Origin: Chlamydiota bacterium
Lineage (GTDB): Bacteria; Chlamydiota; Chlamydiia; Chlamydiales; RGXB01
Assembly (NCBI GenBank): GCA_947494155.1
Contig: CANLTW010000012.1
Coordinates: 1-40,880, forward strand
Length of the DNA stretch: 40,880 nucleotides
Reading direction: 5' to 3'
Shown: positions 1-9,328 of the stretch, piece by piece
Position numbering within the stretch: the stretch's first letter is position 1
Layout of the letters: every line of letters starts with the position of its first letter
Position numbers and translations under genes: made by a program
Notes under the pieces: model-generated
Databases searched by the model: none
Seen by the model: only the letters and a program-made list of their open reading frames with translations
Told to the model about the DNA's origin: nothing

Positions 1-225
1 AAATAATTTTAAAAAAGTTTTGACTAGAGCATACTCGAGAAGTTGTTACACTTACTCTTAGTAAGCTCTACACAACATTCTCGCCGCTCGTCACTTCATT
101 ATTACTGTCACAGAACTTTGCAGCTATCTCGCTGCTATTCTTCGTCTTACACTCACCGTGTTCGTTGAAGATGACAACACAATAACACTCGCGCCGAATT
201 TAACGCAACATCTTTTGTTTTTTTT
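1..225 (-). promoter_or_regulatory. Probable rRNA operon promoter and leader (16S would begin at or just beyond position 1)
   Basis: Minus strand: A-tract UP element (213-225), -35 TTGCGT (203-208), 18 bp, extended -10 TGT-TATTGT (179-187). Then hairpin GCAGC-GAGATA-GCTGC (120-135), boxA-like AGTTCTGTGACA (106-117), long imperfect hairpin (25-70), and ...GTCAAAACTTTTTTAAAATTATTT at the edge. No ORF. No recognisable 16S sequence is in the window. Confidence 0.55.
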
Positions 226-228
226 CGC

Positions 229-258
229 TTGACCCCTCTAAAACAGGTGTGAGAGAAT
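229..258 (+). promoter_or_regulatory. Candidate sigma70/sigma66 promoter for the MATE gene
   Basis: TTGACC (229-234), 18 bp, TG-a-GAGAAT (250-258); divergent from the putative rRNA promoter. Confidence 0.35.
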
Positions 259-369
259 AGTTTTATCTACAGTGTAGAGAGCATTAATTCTTTATTTTTT
301 TCGAAAAATTTCAGGAACTCTTCACTGCATATAAATTAATTATTTAACATTCCAAAGGCGTCTCTTCAC

Positions 370-1776
370 ATGAAAAAGGTATTTGAAACAGGATCGATTA
401 AAGAACTATGGGGCGTTACCGTATCTCTGGCGATCAGTTATTTCTCCATGTTTGTCATGACCTTTGTCGACCGGGTATTTCTTGCCGCTTACTCCCAAGA
501 TGCGCTGACTGCTTGCACGACTGCTGGTACCCCCGCATGGGCGATTATCTTCGCCGTTGTCACCCTGATTTCTATGTCCGAAGTGATTATAGCGCAGAGG
601 AATGGGGCTGGCCAGTATAAGGCGTTAGGATCAACACCTTGGCAAATGGTTTACCTCACTTTATTAGCGACCCCAATCCTTTTTTATTTCGCCCCTCACA
701 TAGCCGATTGGATTCTCCAACCAACCCCCTATAATAAGGAGTGGTTTGTTTGGACGATCTACTCAAGCCCGGCCTATTTTCTTTTAGCGGCTTTTACTGC
801 ATTTTTTGTGGGACAGGGGAAATCTAACATTATTAAATGGCTTGCCCTTTTAGGAAATGCCGTAAACATAGTTTTAGATTACTTTTTAATCTTTGGATAC
901 AAAACGATAATCCCTGCTTTAGGGGTAAAAGGGGCTGTTATCGCAACAGGTGCAGGGACATTTGTACAGGCACTGATTCTCTTTTATATCTTTTTTAGAA
1001 AAAAGAATCGTGAGGAATTTGGAACCGCTATTTTTAAATTTGACCGCGATCAGTTTTACCAGATTTTAAAGATTGGATTTCCTCCCGGTATTTTTATTCT
1101 TTTTGAGATTGCAGGTTGGGCCCTTTTCTATCACATGATGACATCCCTTTCACCGTTACACATTACCACAGCTAATCTGGTACAGTCCATTTTGATGCTT
1201 TATTTCTTTTTTGGGTGCGGTTTGGAAAAAGGGGCTTCTGCAATTGCCGGTAATTTAATAGGAGCCAATAAAAAAGATAAGCTTTCTAATCTAGCTCGCT
1301 CAGGGGTAATTTTAAGCTTAGGCTATCTTTTATTTACGTGTGTCAGCCTCTTTTTATTTGCCGATTTTCTCATCATCAACCTTGTAAATAAGGAGACTGT
1401 TCCCGTGGACATCTCCACATTGCTTTACTGCACAAAAATGGTGATGCCGTTACTTTGCGTTTATATCCTTTTTGAAAATTTCCGCTGGCTTTTAGGTGGG
1501 ATCTTGATTGCTGCCGGGGACACTTTCTTTATGATGTTAACCGGTTTTTTCTCTGTTTGGATTTTCATGCTGCTACCTACCTATCTTTTCGTTTATGTAT
1601 TAAAGGCACACGTGATTTATGCCTTTTGGGTTTGGCTTTTTTACAGCATCTTTGCGACATTACCCATCTATTTGCGCTATAAAAGTTCGGGATGGAAAGA
1701 GCGTGCTCGTTTAATCAGCGATATAAAAGAGTCCGAAGAGCCGGCGCCTTTGGTTTCTCAAAACGAAGAGTCTTAA
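370..1776 (+). CDS. MATE-family (NorM/DinF-like) efflux transporter
   Basis: 468 aa, about 12 hydrophobic segments; motifs FVDRVFLA, NAVNIVLDYFLIFG...LGVKGAVIAT, GNLIGA. Confidence 0.9.
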   Translation: MKKVFETGSIKELWGVTVSLAISYFSMFVMTFVDRVFLAAYSQDALTACTTAGTPAWAIIFAVVTLISMSEVIIAQRNGAGQYKALGSTPWQMVYLTLLATPILFYFAPHIADWILQPTPYNKEWFVWTIYSSPAYFLLAAFTAFFVGQGKSNIIKWLALLGNAVNIVLDYFLIFGYKTIIPALGVKGAVIATGAGTFVQALILFYIFFRKKNREEFGTAIFKFDRDQFYQILKIGFPPGIFILFEIAGWALFYHMMTSLSPLHITTANLVQSILMLYFFFGCGLEKGASAIAGNLIGANKKDKLSNLARSGVILSLGYLLFTCVSLFLFADFLIINLVNKETVPVDISTLLYCTKMVMPLLCVYILFENFRWLLGGILIAAGDTFFMMLTGFFSVWIFMLLPTYLFVYVLKAHVIYAFWVWLFYSIFATLPIYLRYKSSGWKERARLISDIKESEEPAPLVSQNEES

Positions 1777-1801
1777 CACCCCACATAAACAACCTTCACC
1801 T

Positions 1802-2761
1802 ATGAATCCGAAGACCACCCCCCGCCTTTTTCTAGCCCCTATGGAGGGGCTTGGCGCCATCGAATTTCGTAAAATGCTTGCTGTAATTGGAGGATTTGAT
1901 GAATGCTGCACAGAATTTATCCGTATCCCTACAAATCCACATATCCCTAGTCTGGTTGGCAGGTATAACCCAAACGCCACATGGCCTATTCCCCAGGCAG
2001 CTCAGCTCATGGGGGTCAACGCGAAAGATTTGGCCGAAGCGGCATACCTATTGGGGGAAAAAGGGGCGCCCCGTGTTGAGCTCAACTGTGGTTGCCCGTC
2101 GAATACCGTTACAGGTAAAGGGGCCGGCTCAAGCCTGCTTGATACGCCCGATGCCCTTTTTGAAATTCTAGCCCTAATGTGCCAAAAATGCCCTGTCCCC
2201 GTAACTGCAAAACTGAGGATCGGGGTCAATGACGACCTGAATTTTCAAAAAAATATCCGCCTTGTTGAAGAGGCTGGCTGTAAGATGCTCACTCTTCATG
2301 CCAGAACAAAATCTGATGGCTACCTTCACCCCGCTAGGTGGGAATATATCCAAGAGGCAAAAAAACAGCTCCGTATCCCTGTTTGTGGCAATGGCGACAT
2401 TACCTCAGCAGAAAAGGGGCTCGAAATGTTAAGTAAAACGGGTTGCGATCATCTAATGATTGGTAGAAAAGCCGCAAGCGATCCTTTTATTTTTAAAAAA
2501 ATCCGCTGCGCTTTAGAAAAAAGGGATTTTATTGAGGATATCCCCCTACTTTTTAAAGCTCTTGAGGTTTTTTTTCAGGAAATTTTCCATAGGGAATCCC
2601 CTATGGGTTCCATCAAGCAGCTGGGTAGTTTTCTACTATCCGATGATCCAGTACTACGCCGAGAGTTTTTGACTCGCTCCTACAGCTCTACTTTGGAGGC
2701 CAAAGGGCAGCTCATTGGCTCGCTTGAAAATCTCTTTTTCAGTCTATCCCACTCCAAATAA
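1802..2761 (+). CDS. dus: tRNA-dihydrouridine synthase
   Basis: LAPMEG, ELNCGCP, GAGSSLL, LHART, GNGDI, MIGR motifs. Confidence 0.93.
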   Translation: MNPKTTPRLFLAPMEGLGAIEFRKMLAVIGGFDECCTEFIRIPTNPHIPSLVGRYNPNATWPIPQAAQLMGVNAKDLAEAAYLLGEKGAPRVELNCGCPSNTVTGKGAGSSLLDTPDALFEILALMCQKCPVPVTAKLRIGVNDDLNFQKNIRLVEEAGCKMLTLHARTKSDGYLHPARWEYIQEAKKQLRIPVCGNGDITSAEKGLEMLSKTGCDHLMIGRKAASDPFIFKKIRCALEKRDFIEDIPLLFKALEVFFQEIFHRESPMGSIKQLGSFLLSDDPVLRREFLTRSYSSTLEAKGQLIGSLENLFFSLSHSK

Positions 2762-2825
2762 GCATCTAAACCATTAACTTGTATTTTTATTTATAAAATA
2801 TTATTTTAAGGGAAATCGGGGGTAT

Positions 2826-4454
2826 ATGCGCGACAAACGGCGACGTATTGTCATTTTAGGAGGGGGCTTTGGGGGAGTATACACTGCCAAGCACCTGCAT
2901 TCCCTTTTTTCTAACGACGAGGTCGAAATCTGCCTTGTGAATCGTGATAATTACATGACTTTTCAGCCTATGCTTGCGGAGGTGATTGGAGATGCATTAG
3001 GCGTGTACGATACAGTGAGTGCCCTATCTTCTCTTCTCCCCAAAACCTCTCTATACATAAACGAAATAGAAAAAATTAACCTGCAGGAAAAAAAGGTTTT
3101 TTTGATCTGTCCTTTCAAAAAACAACATATTGTTCTTGAATACAGTGAACTAGTTCTTGCTCTGGGAAATTCTACCGATTTTATCCATCTCCATAACGGG
3201 GTCGCGCAACATGCCCTCAGATTTAAAAATCTTTCCGATACTTTAATTTTGAGGAATCACATTATCAATGTATTCCAGGCAGCCGCGACGGAGACAAATC
3301 CTCAGCTAAGGCAGGCTCTTTTGACTTTTGTCATCGGGGGGGCTGGATTCACAGGGACAGAGGTTGCAGCCGAGCTTTGTGATTTTTTAGATAAAATGCT
3401 CAAAAAAATACCCAGCATAAAGAAAGACGAGGTGCGGGTCTATCTCGTACACTCAAAAGAGATCATCCTGAATGAACTCTCCCCCTCACTTGGTAAATAT
3501 GCTATGGAACTTTTGCGCAAAAAAGGGGTCACATTGAAAATGGGGATGAAAGTAGAGGCAGTAACTCCACACAACGCCGTGCTTAGCAATCATGAAAAAA
3601 TCGCTTCAAAAACGGTTATCTCTACGGCTCCAGCTAACCTTAACCTCATTTTAGCAGCAACACCAGGTTTGCCGGTAACCCATGATCGTGTCAAAGTTCT
3701 ACCTAATCTTCAAGTAGAGGGTTTTGACAACGTTTGGGCTTTGGGAGATGCTGCACACATCCCACTTCCCAATGGCCATTTTGCACCCCCTACAGCTCAG
3801 TTTGCAGTACGGGAAGCAAAAGTTTTGGCGCAAAATATCGCCAATAAACTCGCTCAACGCCCTTTAAAGTCGTTTGCTTTTAAACCTCTTGGTCTTTTGG
3901 CAGCTTTGGGGCATCGCAAGGCTGTAGGAGAACTATTCGGCTGTGTAAAAATTTCCGGTTTTTTTGCTTGGCTGATGTGGAGAGCTATCTATTGGTCCAA
4001 AATGCCCGGTTTATCTAGAAAACTTAAGGTGCTATTCACCTGGATTTTAGATCTTTTTATCCCTTCAGAGCCGGTAGTTTTAAATATTAGCTCAAAAAAA
4101 ATGATGCATCATCTCCACTTCAAAGCCTCTGAAATGGTTTTCGACCAGGGTGATTTAGCCGATTATCTCTACATTATTTTAAAAGGGAGAGTTGCTATCA
4201 TAAAAAAATTTACAGGTGATGGGGAAAAAATTCTTAAAGAGCTTACGGCAGGGAGTTTTTTTGGGGAAATAGCTTTAACACACGATACCAATCGAACCGC
4301 AAAAGTGGTTTGTCTAGAATCGACCGATCTTATCGCGATACCCAAAGAGGAATTCTTAATTATGAAGGATAATTTCTCAGAGTTAGATAAGTTTTTGAGC
4401 GCTGTGCAACAAGAGAGGCTTGAAGAGCTGCATAAATTGAAAAAAAGCTCTTAA
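2826..4454 (+). CDS. ndh: Type II NAD(P)H dehydrogenase (NDH-2 family) with C-terminal cyclic-nucleotide-binding domain
   Basis: GGGFGG and GAGFTGTE dinucleotide motifs, WALGD, PPTAQFA, GFFAWLMWRAIY; C-terminal VFDQGD...YIILKGRV...FFGEIAL...RTAKV cNMP signature. Confidence 0.88.
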   Translation: MRDKRRRIVILGGGFGGVYTAKHLHSLFSNDEVEICLVNRDNYMTFQPMLAEVIGDALGVYDTVSALSSLLPKTSLYINEIEKINLQEKKVFLICPFKKQHIVLEYSELVLALGNSTDFIHLHNGVAQHALRFKNLSDTLILRNHIINVFQAAATETNPQLRQALLTFVIGGAGFTGTEVAAELCDFLDKMLKKIPSIKKDEVRVYLVHSKEIILNELSPSLGKYAMELLRKKGVTLKMGMKVEAVTPHNAVLSNHEKIASKTVISTAPANLNLILAATPGLPVTHDRVKVLPNLQVEGFDNVWALGDAAHIPLPNGHFAPPTAQFAVREAKVLAQNIANKLAQRPLKSFAFKPLGLLAALGHRKAVGELFGCVKISGFFAWLMWRAIYWSKMPGLSRKLKVLFTWILDLFIPSEPVVLNISSKKMMHHLHFKASEMVFDQGDLADYLYIILKGRVAIIKKFTGDGEKILKELTAGSFFGEIALTHDTNRTAKVVCLESTDLIAIPKEEFLIMKDNFSELDKFLSAVQQERLEELHKLKKSS

Positions 4455-5821
4455 CCGAGTTTTTTTTGCAATGTAACAATCCCCTTATCATCAATCATCG
4501 CACCCTCATTATAAAGTTCTTTAGGATTTTCCTTGGCGATTTTAGCTATTGGATTAAAATTTAAAGCCTCGTGAGGGCATTTAAGGGCTTTTTCCATGTT
4601 CATCGACTTAGCTAAAAAAGGGAGCCCTAAAATGACGGTTTGCTCTATCCGTTCATTCAAGTTTTGCCCCAAGTTGGAATTATTCACCAGATTCAACAAA
4701 ACCGCAGGAATATATTTGACCAAAACTCTATTCTCCCAACTAAAAGCTTCGTGTATACCCTCTAATTCCTCCGGAGCAAGTTTAAAAAGGGCCTTTTTTA
4801 AAAGATGAGCCTCATATGGGGTTGTAAATCGCATCATCGACCCTATCCTTAAAATAATCGGATTCAGATTCCCTTCTGTGCCGATTTCCAAAGCTTTTGC
4901 CCGCTTCTCCAAAAATGCGTCCCAAGCTTTGGACGATCCTATCAGAGAAATATTTTTGCACGCCTCTCTCACATCCAGTAAAAGCTGATGGGTTTTTTCG
5001 TTATAATTCAGAGAGGTACAGGGCTCAACATGCCCTTGCGCCCCCGCTACATCACAAATATGCCCGATAAAAGCCAGATCCATTAATACCTGATCTTCGA
5101 GAAAGTCGGATCTTTTTATCTCTTCAAATAATTCCACACCCCCTTCAAAATGGGCAATATGACCAAAATGGTTTTGTTTTCCCAAACGAACCAAAATGTC
5201 ACGACTTTTTTTATCTAAAGAGTTATACGAGGGGAAAATCTCGGGACAAAGCGTGGCGATTTTAGAAAAAAATAGATCTAAATTTTTCTCCTTTATCCCT
5301 TTTTGGGCGGCAAGCCTCCGTGCCGTTTTGGTTTTTCCCAAATCGGAGAAAAGAATGTAACAGCGCATCAATTTTTCTATCTCCCTCTCACTTTTGATCT
5401 CTAATTTTTCAAAAATAGAACAAAAAAATTTCTGCATATCCCTAAAAGTCGCATATTTAAGTCTAAATTGGGGATCCTGTTTGTAAGTCAAAAAAAGATA
5501 GTCTCTGTAGTTCCCCTTGGCAAAAACCTCAAAAGATTTTAGGGTCAAAACTGTTCTATCAAATTCAGGATAAAATTTTTTGTAAAGAATGTAGGAGGGG
5601 CTATAATCTGATACTAGCCCTACGCTCTCTTGAGTGATATGAACTTTTTGATCGGCAAGCCATTCTATTTCGGGAACCTCTTTTACAAGGTTTTTGATCC
5701 AGGCGGCAGTATACCCTATGGCTTGGATTGTTTCTACCGCCCCTTTTTCCCTAAATCTCGGTTTCATGCCTATGAGGAAAAGGCAAATGCAGACTAAAGC
5801 TAGATGAAGAACTCTCACCAT
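4451..5821 (-). CDS. Hypothetical protein with N-terminal signal/anchor; HD-like motifs, tentatively DUF6829-like
   Basis: 456 aa ORF with hydrophobic N-terminus; EFDRT, LFSDLGK, HICDVAGAQGH motifs; family assignment from memory only. Confidence 0.6.
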   Translation of the reverse strand: MVRVLHLALVCICLFLIGMKPRFREKGAVETIQAIGYTAAWIKNLVKEVPEIEWLADQKVHITQESVGLVSDYSPSYILYKKFYPEFDRTVLTLKSFEVFAKGNYRDYLFLTYKQDPQFRLKYATFRDMQKFFCSIFEKLEIKSEREIEKLMRCYILFSDLGKTKTARRLAAQKGIKEKNLDLFFSKIATLCPEIFPSYNSLDKKSRDILVRLGKQNHFGHIAHFEGGVELFEEIKRSDFLEDQVLMDLAFIGHICDVAGAQGHVEPCTSLNYNEKTHQLLLDVREACKNISLIGSSKAWDAFLEKRAKALEIGTEGNLNPIILRIGSMMRFTTPYEAHLLKKALFKLAPEELEGIHEAFSWENRVLVKYIPAVLLNLVNNSNLGQNLNERIEQTVILGLPFLAKSMNMEKALKCPHEALNFNPIAKIAKENPKELYNEGAMIDDKGIVTLQKKLG

Positions 5822-5836
5822 GATCTCTAGTATAGC

Positions 5837-6823
5837 TTAGCGGCTAGTTAACCCTAAAGTATTAAAAAGAATCGCCACCTGGTTTTTTTCAAAAATTTCG
5901 ATCGCAAGTAACAGAACCTCTTGAATGACCTCCTGGTAGTCAGACTGTTCCATTTTTTTGGTAAAACAAATGATTTGTACCTGGGGTCCCTGCTGCGTCA
6001 AGTAATTTAGATGAACAGAAACTAACTCTTTTTGATCAATCAACGGGTGGTTTTTAAGTTGATTCAAAAGAGCATTTACAGCTTGTCGGATGTTTTCCAT
6101 TTTTCGTGAGTCAACATAAAAATTTCTTTCGATTTTTTTTGAGGTTATTTTAGAGACGTTCTCTATCGAAATAGTCAAAAAATTGGAGTTTGGGACAAAT
6201 AGGGGCCTTTTCTCCTCAGTGCGGAGCCTTGTCGACCTCCACCCAATATGCTCAACATAGCCCTCAAAATTTTGATCTAAAGCTCTTATTTTATCACCCA
6301 AACTAAAAGGGCGATCCAGCATGACTGTAAAGCCGCCAAAAAAATTAGATAATAGATCCTTAGCAGCAAAACTAATCCCCACACCAGCTGCACCTCCAAA
6401 AGCAAGAACACCAGAGACCGGTATATGAAAAACAGGAAGGAGAAGTAGGAGCGCAAATATCGTCAAAATCACCCGCATAAGGCGTGAAACTGCGCGAACC
6501 GAAGTGAGATCAACATGTGCAAAAAGATATTTTCCATTGATAAAGCGGCTCTCTACCCCACCTATGAATCGATAAATAGATAAAACTAGAAAAAAGATGA
6601 CCCCTAATTCCAAAAGGTAGATCGTATAATTCTCTAAAGCGCTAATCTGATTAAGAACAAAAACAAAAAAAAGCCACCAAATAAAAAAGTAAAAGGGATA
6701 TGCAACAGCCTCTACAAAAACATTCTGGCGCAATTTTAGGTGCCGAAAGACAAAATAGCCGAAAAACGTCATAACAGTTGCAAGGCCTGCAAGCGTTAGA
6801 ATTATTACAACTTCAATACTCAT
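5837..6823 (-). CDS. mscS: Small-conductance mechanosensitive channel, MscS family
   Basis: LAFGGAAGVGISFAAKDLLSNFFGG, RPFSLGDKI, GYVEHIGWRST, VPNS. Confidence 0.92.
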   Translation of the reverse strand: MSIEVVIILTLAGLATVMTFFGYFVFRHLKLRQNVFVEAVAYPFYFFIWWLFFVFVLNQISALENYTIYLLELGVIFFLVLSIYRFIGGVESRFINGKYLFAHVDLTSVRAVSRLMRVILTIFALLLLLPVFHIPVSGVLAFGGAAGVGISFAAKDLLSNFFGGFTVMLDRPFSLGDKIRALDQNFEGYVEHIGWRSTRLRTEEKRPLFVPNSNFLTISIENVSKITSKKIERNFYVDSRKMENIRQAVNALLNQLKNHPLIDQKELVSVHLNYLTQQGPQVQIICFTKKMEQSDYQEVIQEVLLLAIEIFEKNQVAILFNTLGLTSR

Positions 6824-6924
6824 AAAAACTTCCGATAATCATGCCTTCCAAAAAAATTCCTTGCAACCTTGTTTTTTTTGGCGTATGTAAAAAAGGAAGT
6901 GTTTTTAATCAAAATGAGGAAAGC

Positions 6925-7155
6925 ATGATTAGATTTTTAAAGTGGGTTTTTACTTGTGCTCTTTTGCTTGGTGGCTTGAGCCTAGGCCTTACTGGTATAA
7001 TCGGTGATGATTATAACCTGCTCGGCCTTCTGTTCGGTGACGGATGGTTTTATAGATTAATCTTGATCATTATTGGTGTATCAGCAGTTGGAGAAATCGG
7101 TTTTTGGTTTCTTTCAGCTAGACCCTGGTCATGCTGCGATGACAAAAGAAAGTAG
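6925..7155 (+). CDS. Small membrane protein, DUF378-like (start moved to ATG 6925)
   Basis: GAGGA SD upstream of ATG 6925; pattern LLLGGLSLGLTGI..YNLLGLLFG...RLILIIIGVSA. Confidence 0.7.
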   Translation: MIRFLKWVFTCALLLGGLSLGLTGIIGDDYNLLGLLFGDGWFYRLILIIIGVSAVGEIGFWFLSARPWSCCDDKRK

Positions 7156-7208
7156 ACTCTTTCTTTGACAATTGTGCCAATAATACACTTTTTGGTGCAG
7201 AGGTTACT

Positions 7209-7234
7209 AGACCCGAAATTCATCGGGTCTTTTT
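7209..7234 (+). terminator. Rho-independent terminator
   Basis: AGACCCGA-aattca-TCGGGTCT stem followed by TTTT. Confidence 0.75.
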
Positions 7235-7353
7235 AGACAAATCTTGGTTTTTATTCCCCTATATCTTAGCCCCTGACATGGTTTTAGTGTCTTGTCAAAT
7301 TCCCGTTTTTGGAGTAGTGTTAAGTAAGTTTAAAATTAAGCAGCACATTTTTT

Positions 7354-7620
7354 ATGCCTTTCACTCTCGGGGGCGACTGGTACCCTTCAGAAAATACGCG
7401 TAAAACGAAACCTCTTCTTTCGATTGAGAAAAGACGTAATACCGAGGTTACTCTGATTAAAGGGTTGAAACTAATGCCAATTGAGGCCGAAGCTCTTTTA
7501 AAAACGGCAAAAAGAGAATTAGGGTGTGGCGGATCCTACAAAGATTTTATATTTCTTTTTCAGGGAAATCACCTTGAAAAATTAAAAACCACCTTGAGAG
7601 AGATGGGATTTAAAATTTAA
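7354..7620 (+). CDS. yciH: SUI1/YciH (eIF1-like) translation initiation factor
   Basis: EKRR..VTLIKGL...KRELGCGGSYKD....FQGNH pattern. Confidence 0.85.
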   Translation: MPFTLGGDWYPSENTRKTKPLLSIEKRRNTEVTLIKGLKLMPIEAEALLKTAKRELGCGGSYKDFIFLFQGNHLEKLKTTLREMGFKI

Positions 7621-7656
7621 TCCCATCCGATAATGCAAACGAAATCTAAAAAAGAG

Positions 7657-8376
7657 CTACTCGTCTCTTCCCCTTTTAGATCTCAAAAGGGCCAATACTA
7701 CTGCGGAGGCCTGCGACACATTTAATGAATCTATACGCCCCAACATCGGTATAATTAAATGGAAGTCAGAGGATTTCGACATCAACGATTTGACCCCCTC
7801 CCCCTCGGACCCAAAAACAAGGCAGATCTTGTCCGGAAAATCGAATGTATAGACCGACTCCGCCTTTTCCGATAACTCTAATGAAGCTATCCAGTACCCC
7901 TCATCTTGTAGCTTTTTGATTGCGTCGACACCATTAGAAACTGTGGAACGGGGGACTATTTCGGAGCCACCCATGCTGACTTTAGAGACAGTCGGAGTAA
8001 TAGGTGTTCCCCGATTTTTTGTGTGCAAAATCCAATCGACACCAAAACATTCGCAAGCTCTCATAATTGCCCCCATATTTTGCGGATCTTGAATGGAATC
8101 CAGCAAAACAACGACACTTTTGGTTTTTTTCTTGAGTTGATCGATACAAGTACGGAATGAGACATCCTCATCCAAGACCTCGGCGATAATCCCTTGGTGA
8201 GAATCGGATTGAACAATCTTATTCATCTCATTTTTGTCAGCAAGCTTCACCTTAAAGCCCTTCCTTTGATAATCATTCAAAAGCTCTTTTGAGGAGGTTG
8301 TGATGGAAATAATCCGTTTGTTTTGATAGGTTGCCACCTCTTCAACGGTATTTTTACCCATAATTTTTCTAATCAT
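7657..8376 (-). CDS. rlmB: SpoU/TrmH-family 2'-O-methyltransferase, RlmB-like
   Basis: SHQGI, LDSIQDPQNMGAIMR, FGSEGEG, IPMLGRIDSLNVS. Confidence 0.9.
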   Translation of the reverse strand: MIRKIMGKNTVEEVATYQNKRIISITTSSKELLNDYQRKGFKVKLADKNEMNKIVQSDSHQGIIAEVLDEDVSFRTCIDQLKKKTKSVVVLLDSIQDPQNMGAIMRACECFGVDWILHTKNRGTPITPTVSKVSMGGSEIVPRSTVSNGVDAIKKLQDEGYWIASLELSEKAESVYTFDFPDKICLVFGSEGEGVKSLMSKSSDFHLIIPMLGRIDSLNVSQASAVVLALLRSKRGRDE

Positions 8377-8385
8377 AAGGGATCG

Positions 8386-8414
8386 ATTTTAGCAGAAAGA
8401 TTAAAATGTGTAAA
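8386..8414 (-). promoter_or_regulatory. Promoter of rlmB (near-leaderless)
   Basis: Minus strand TTTACA, 17 bp, TAAAAT preceded by TG; the -10 ends 9 nt before the ATG. Confidence 0.55.
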
Positions 8415-8444
8415 ATAAACCATTTTTTTGACTAGTATAAAGGT

Positions 8445-9311
8445 ATGAACATAGATTCATTTAATCAGCAGCAAGAGGCTATTTTGCAGCTAATCAGCAC
8501 CTATAGAGTCGATTGGCTCGAGCCTTTTTTCTTTTTTCTTCATACCATAGATTATTTTTGGTTTTACCTGTTTTTGGTCCTATTGGGGTGGTTGAAAATG
8601 GGTAAATTGCGGGGCTCACATCTATTCACACTATTTTTTGCAAACTGGGTAACAGTTTTTTTAATTAAAGATATCCTGGAACTCCCCCGTCCACCCGAGA
8701 GCCTTAGGATTTTTCCAGCTGAAGGTTTTGGTTTGCCCTCAGCTGCGGCAGCAAATAGCATGCTAATTTTAGGCTACTTCATCTCACAAACAGAACGATT
8801 TTTCTATAGATTCTTACTTGGACTGGCGCTTTTTTTCTTAAGTTTTTCCCGTCTGTATATAGGGGTACATTACCCTTTAGATGTGATCGTGGGTCTTCTC
8901 ATCGGGCTTACTTTTTTATCCCTCTATTATGAATCGATTGATCCTATCATGACGATCACAAAAAAAATCCCCCCTTTTTTAGATTTTTTTTTCGGTTCTG
9001 GGGTGATAATTCTTCTGTTTTTAAAAACCTCCACTCTACTCAGGAGTACCGAGCTCTGCTTTATTGGTTTAGGAGTTTATTCGGGTCTAGCGTGTAGAGC
9101 CTATCTACCCCTCCCTTTTGCCGAGCGGGGCATCAACGCTGTCATCTGCCTTTTTTTAATTGGTGTGATCAGCCTGATCTATTCTTTAGTGCCCAAACCC
9201 GACTTTCCTATTTTTTATCCGGTAGTCTTTTTTATGGGGCTTATCCCTCCGCTGATCGGTCCCTGGATTGCTAATAGGCTCTTATATCCTAAAAATGAGC
9301 TTCAGGATTAG
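8445..9311 (+). CDS. PAP2-family membrane phosphatase (C2 His absent)
   Basis: C1 KDILELPRP, C3 SRLYIGVHYPLDV; C2 reads PSAA instead of PSGH. Confidence 0.85.
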   Translation: MNIDSFNQQQEAILQLISTYRVDWLEPFFFFLHTIDYFWFYLFLVLLGWLKMGKLRGSHLFTLFFANWVTVFLIKDILELPRPPESLRIFPAEGFGLPSAAAANSMLILGYFISQTERFFYRFLLGLALFFLSFSRLYIGVHYPLDVIVGLLIGLTFLSLYYESIDPIMTITKKIPPFLDFFFGSGVIILLFLKTSTLLRSTELCFIGLGVYSGLACRAYLPLPFAERGINAVICLFLIGVISLIYSLVPKPDFPIFYPVVFFMGLIPPLIGPWIANRLLYPKNELQD

Positions 9312-9328
9312 ACTTTTTTGTCCAAAAT

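Noticed and set aside
6841..6924. Upstream start of the DUF378-like gene
   Set aside because: Covers the divergent promoter region; the SD supports ATG 6925
8983..8992. T10 and other A/T homopolymers as phase-variation sites
   Set aside because: Such runs are common throughout this AT-rich window, and the frames are intact
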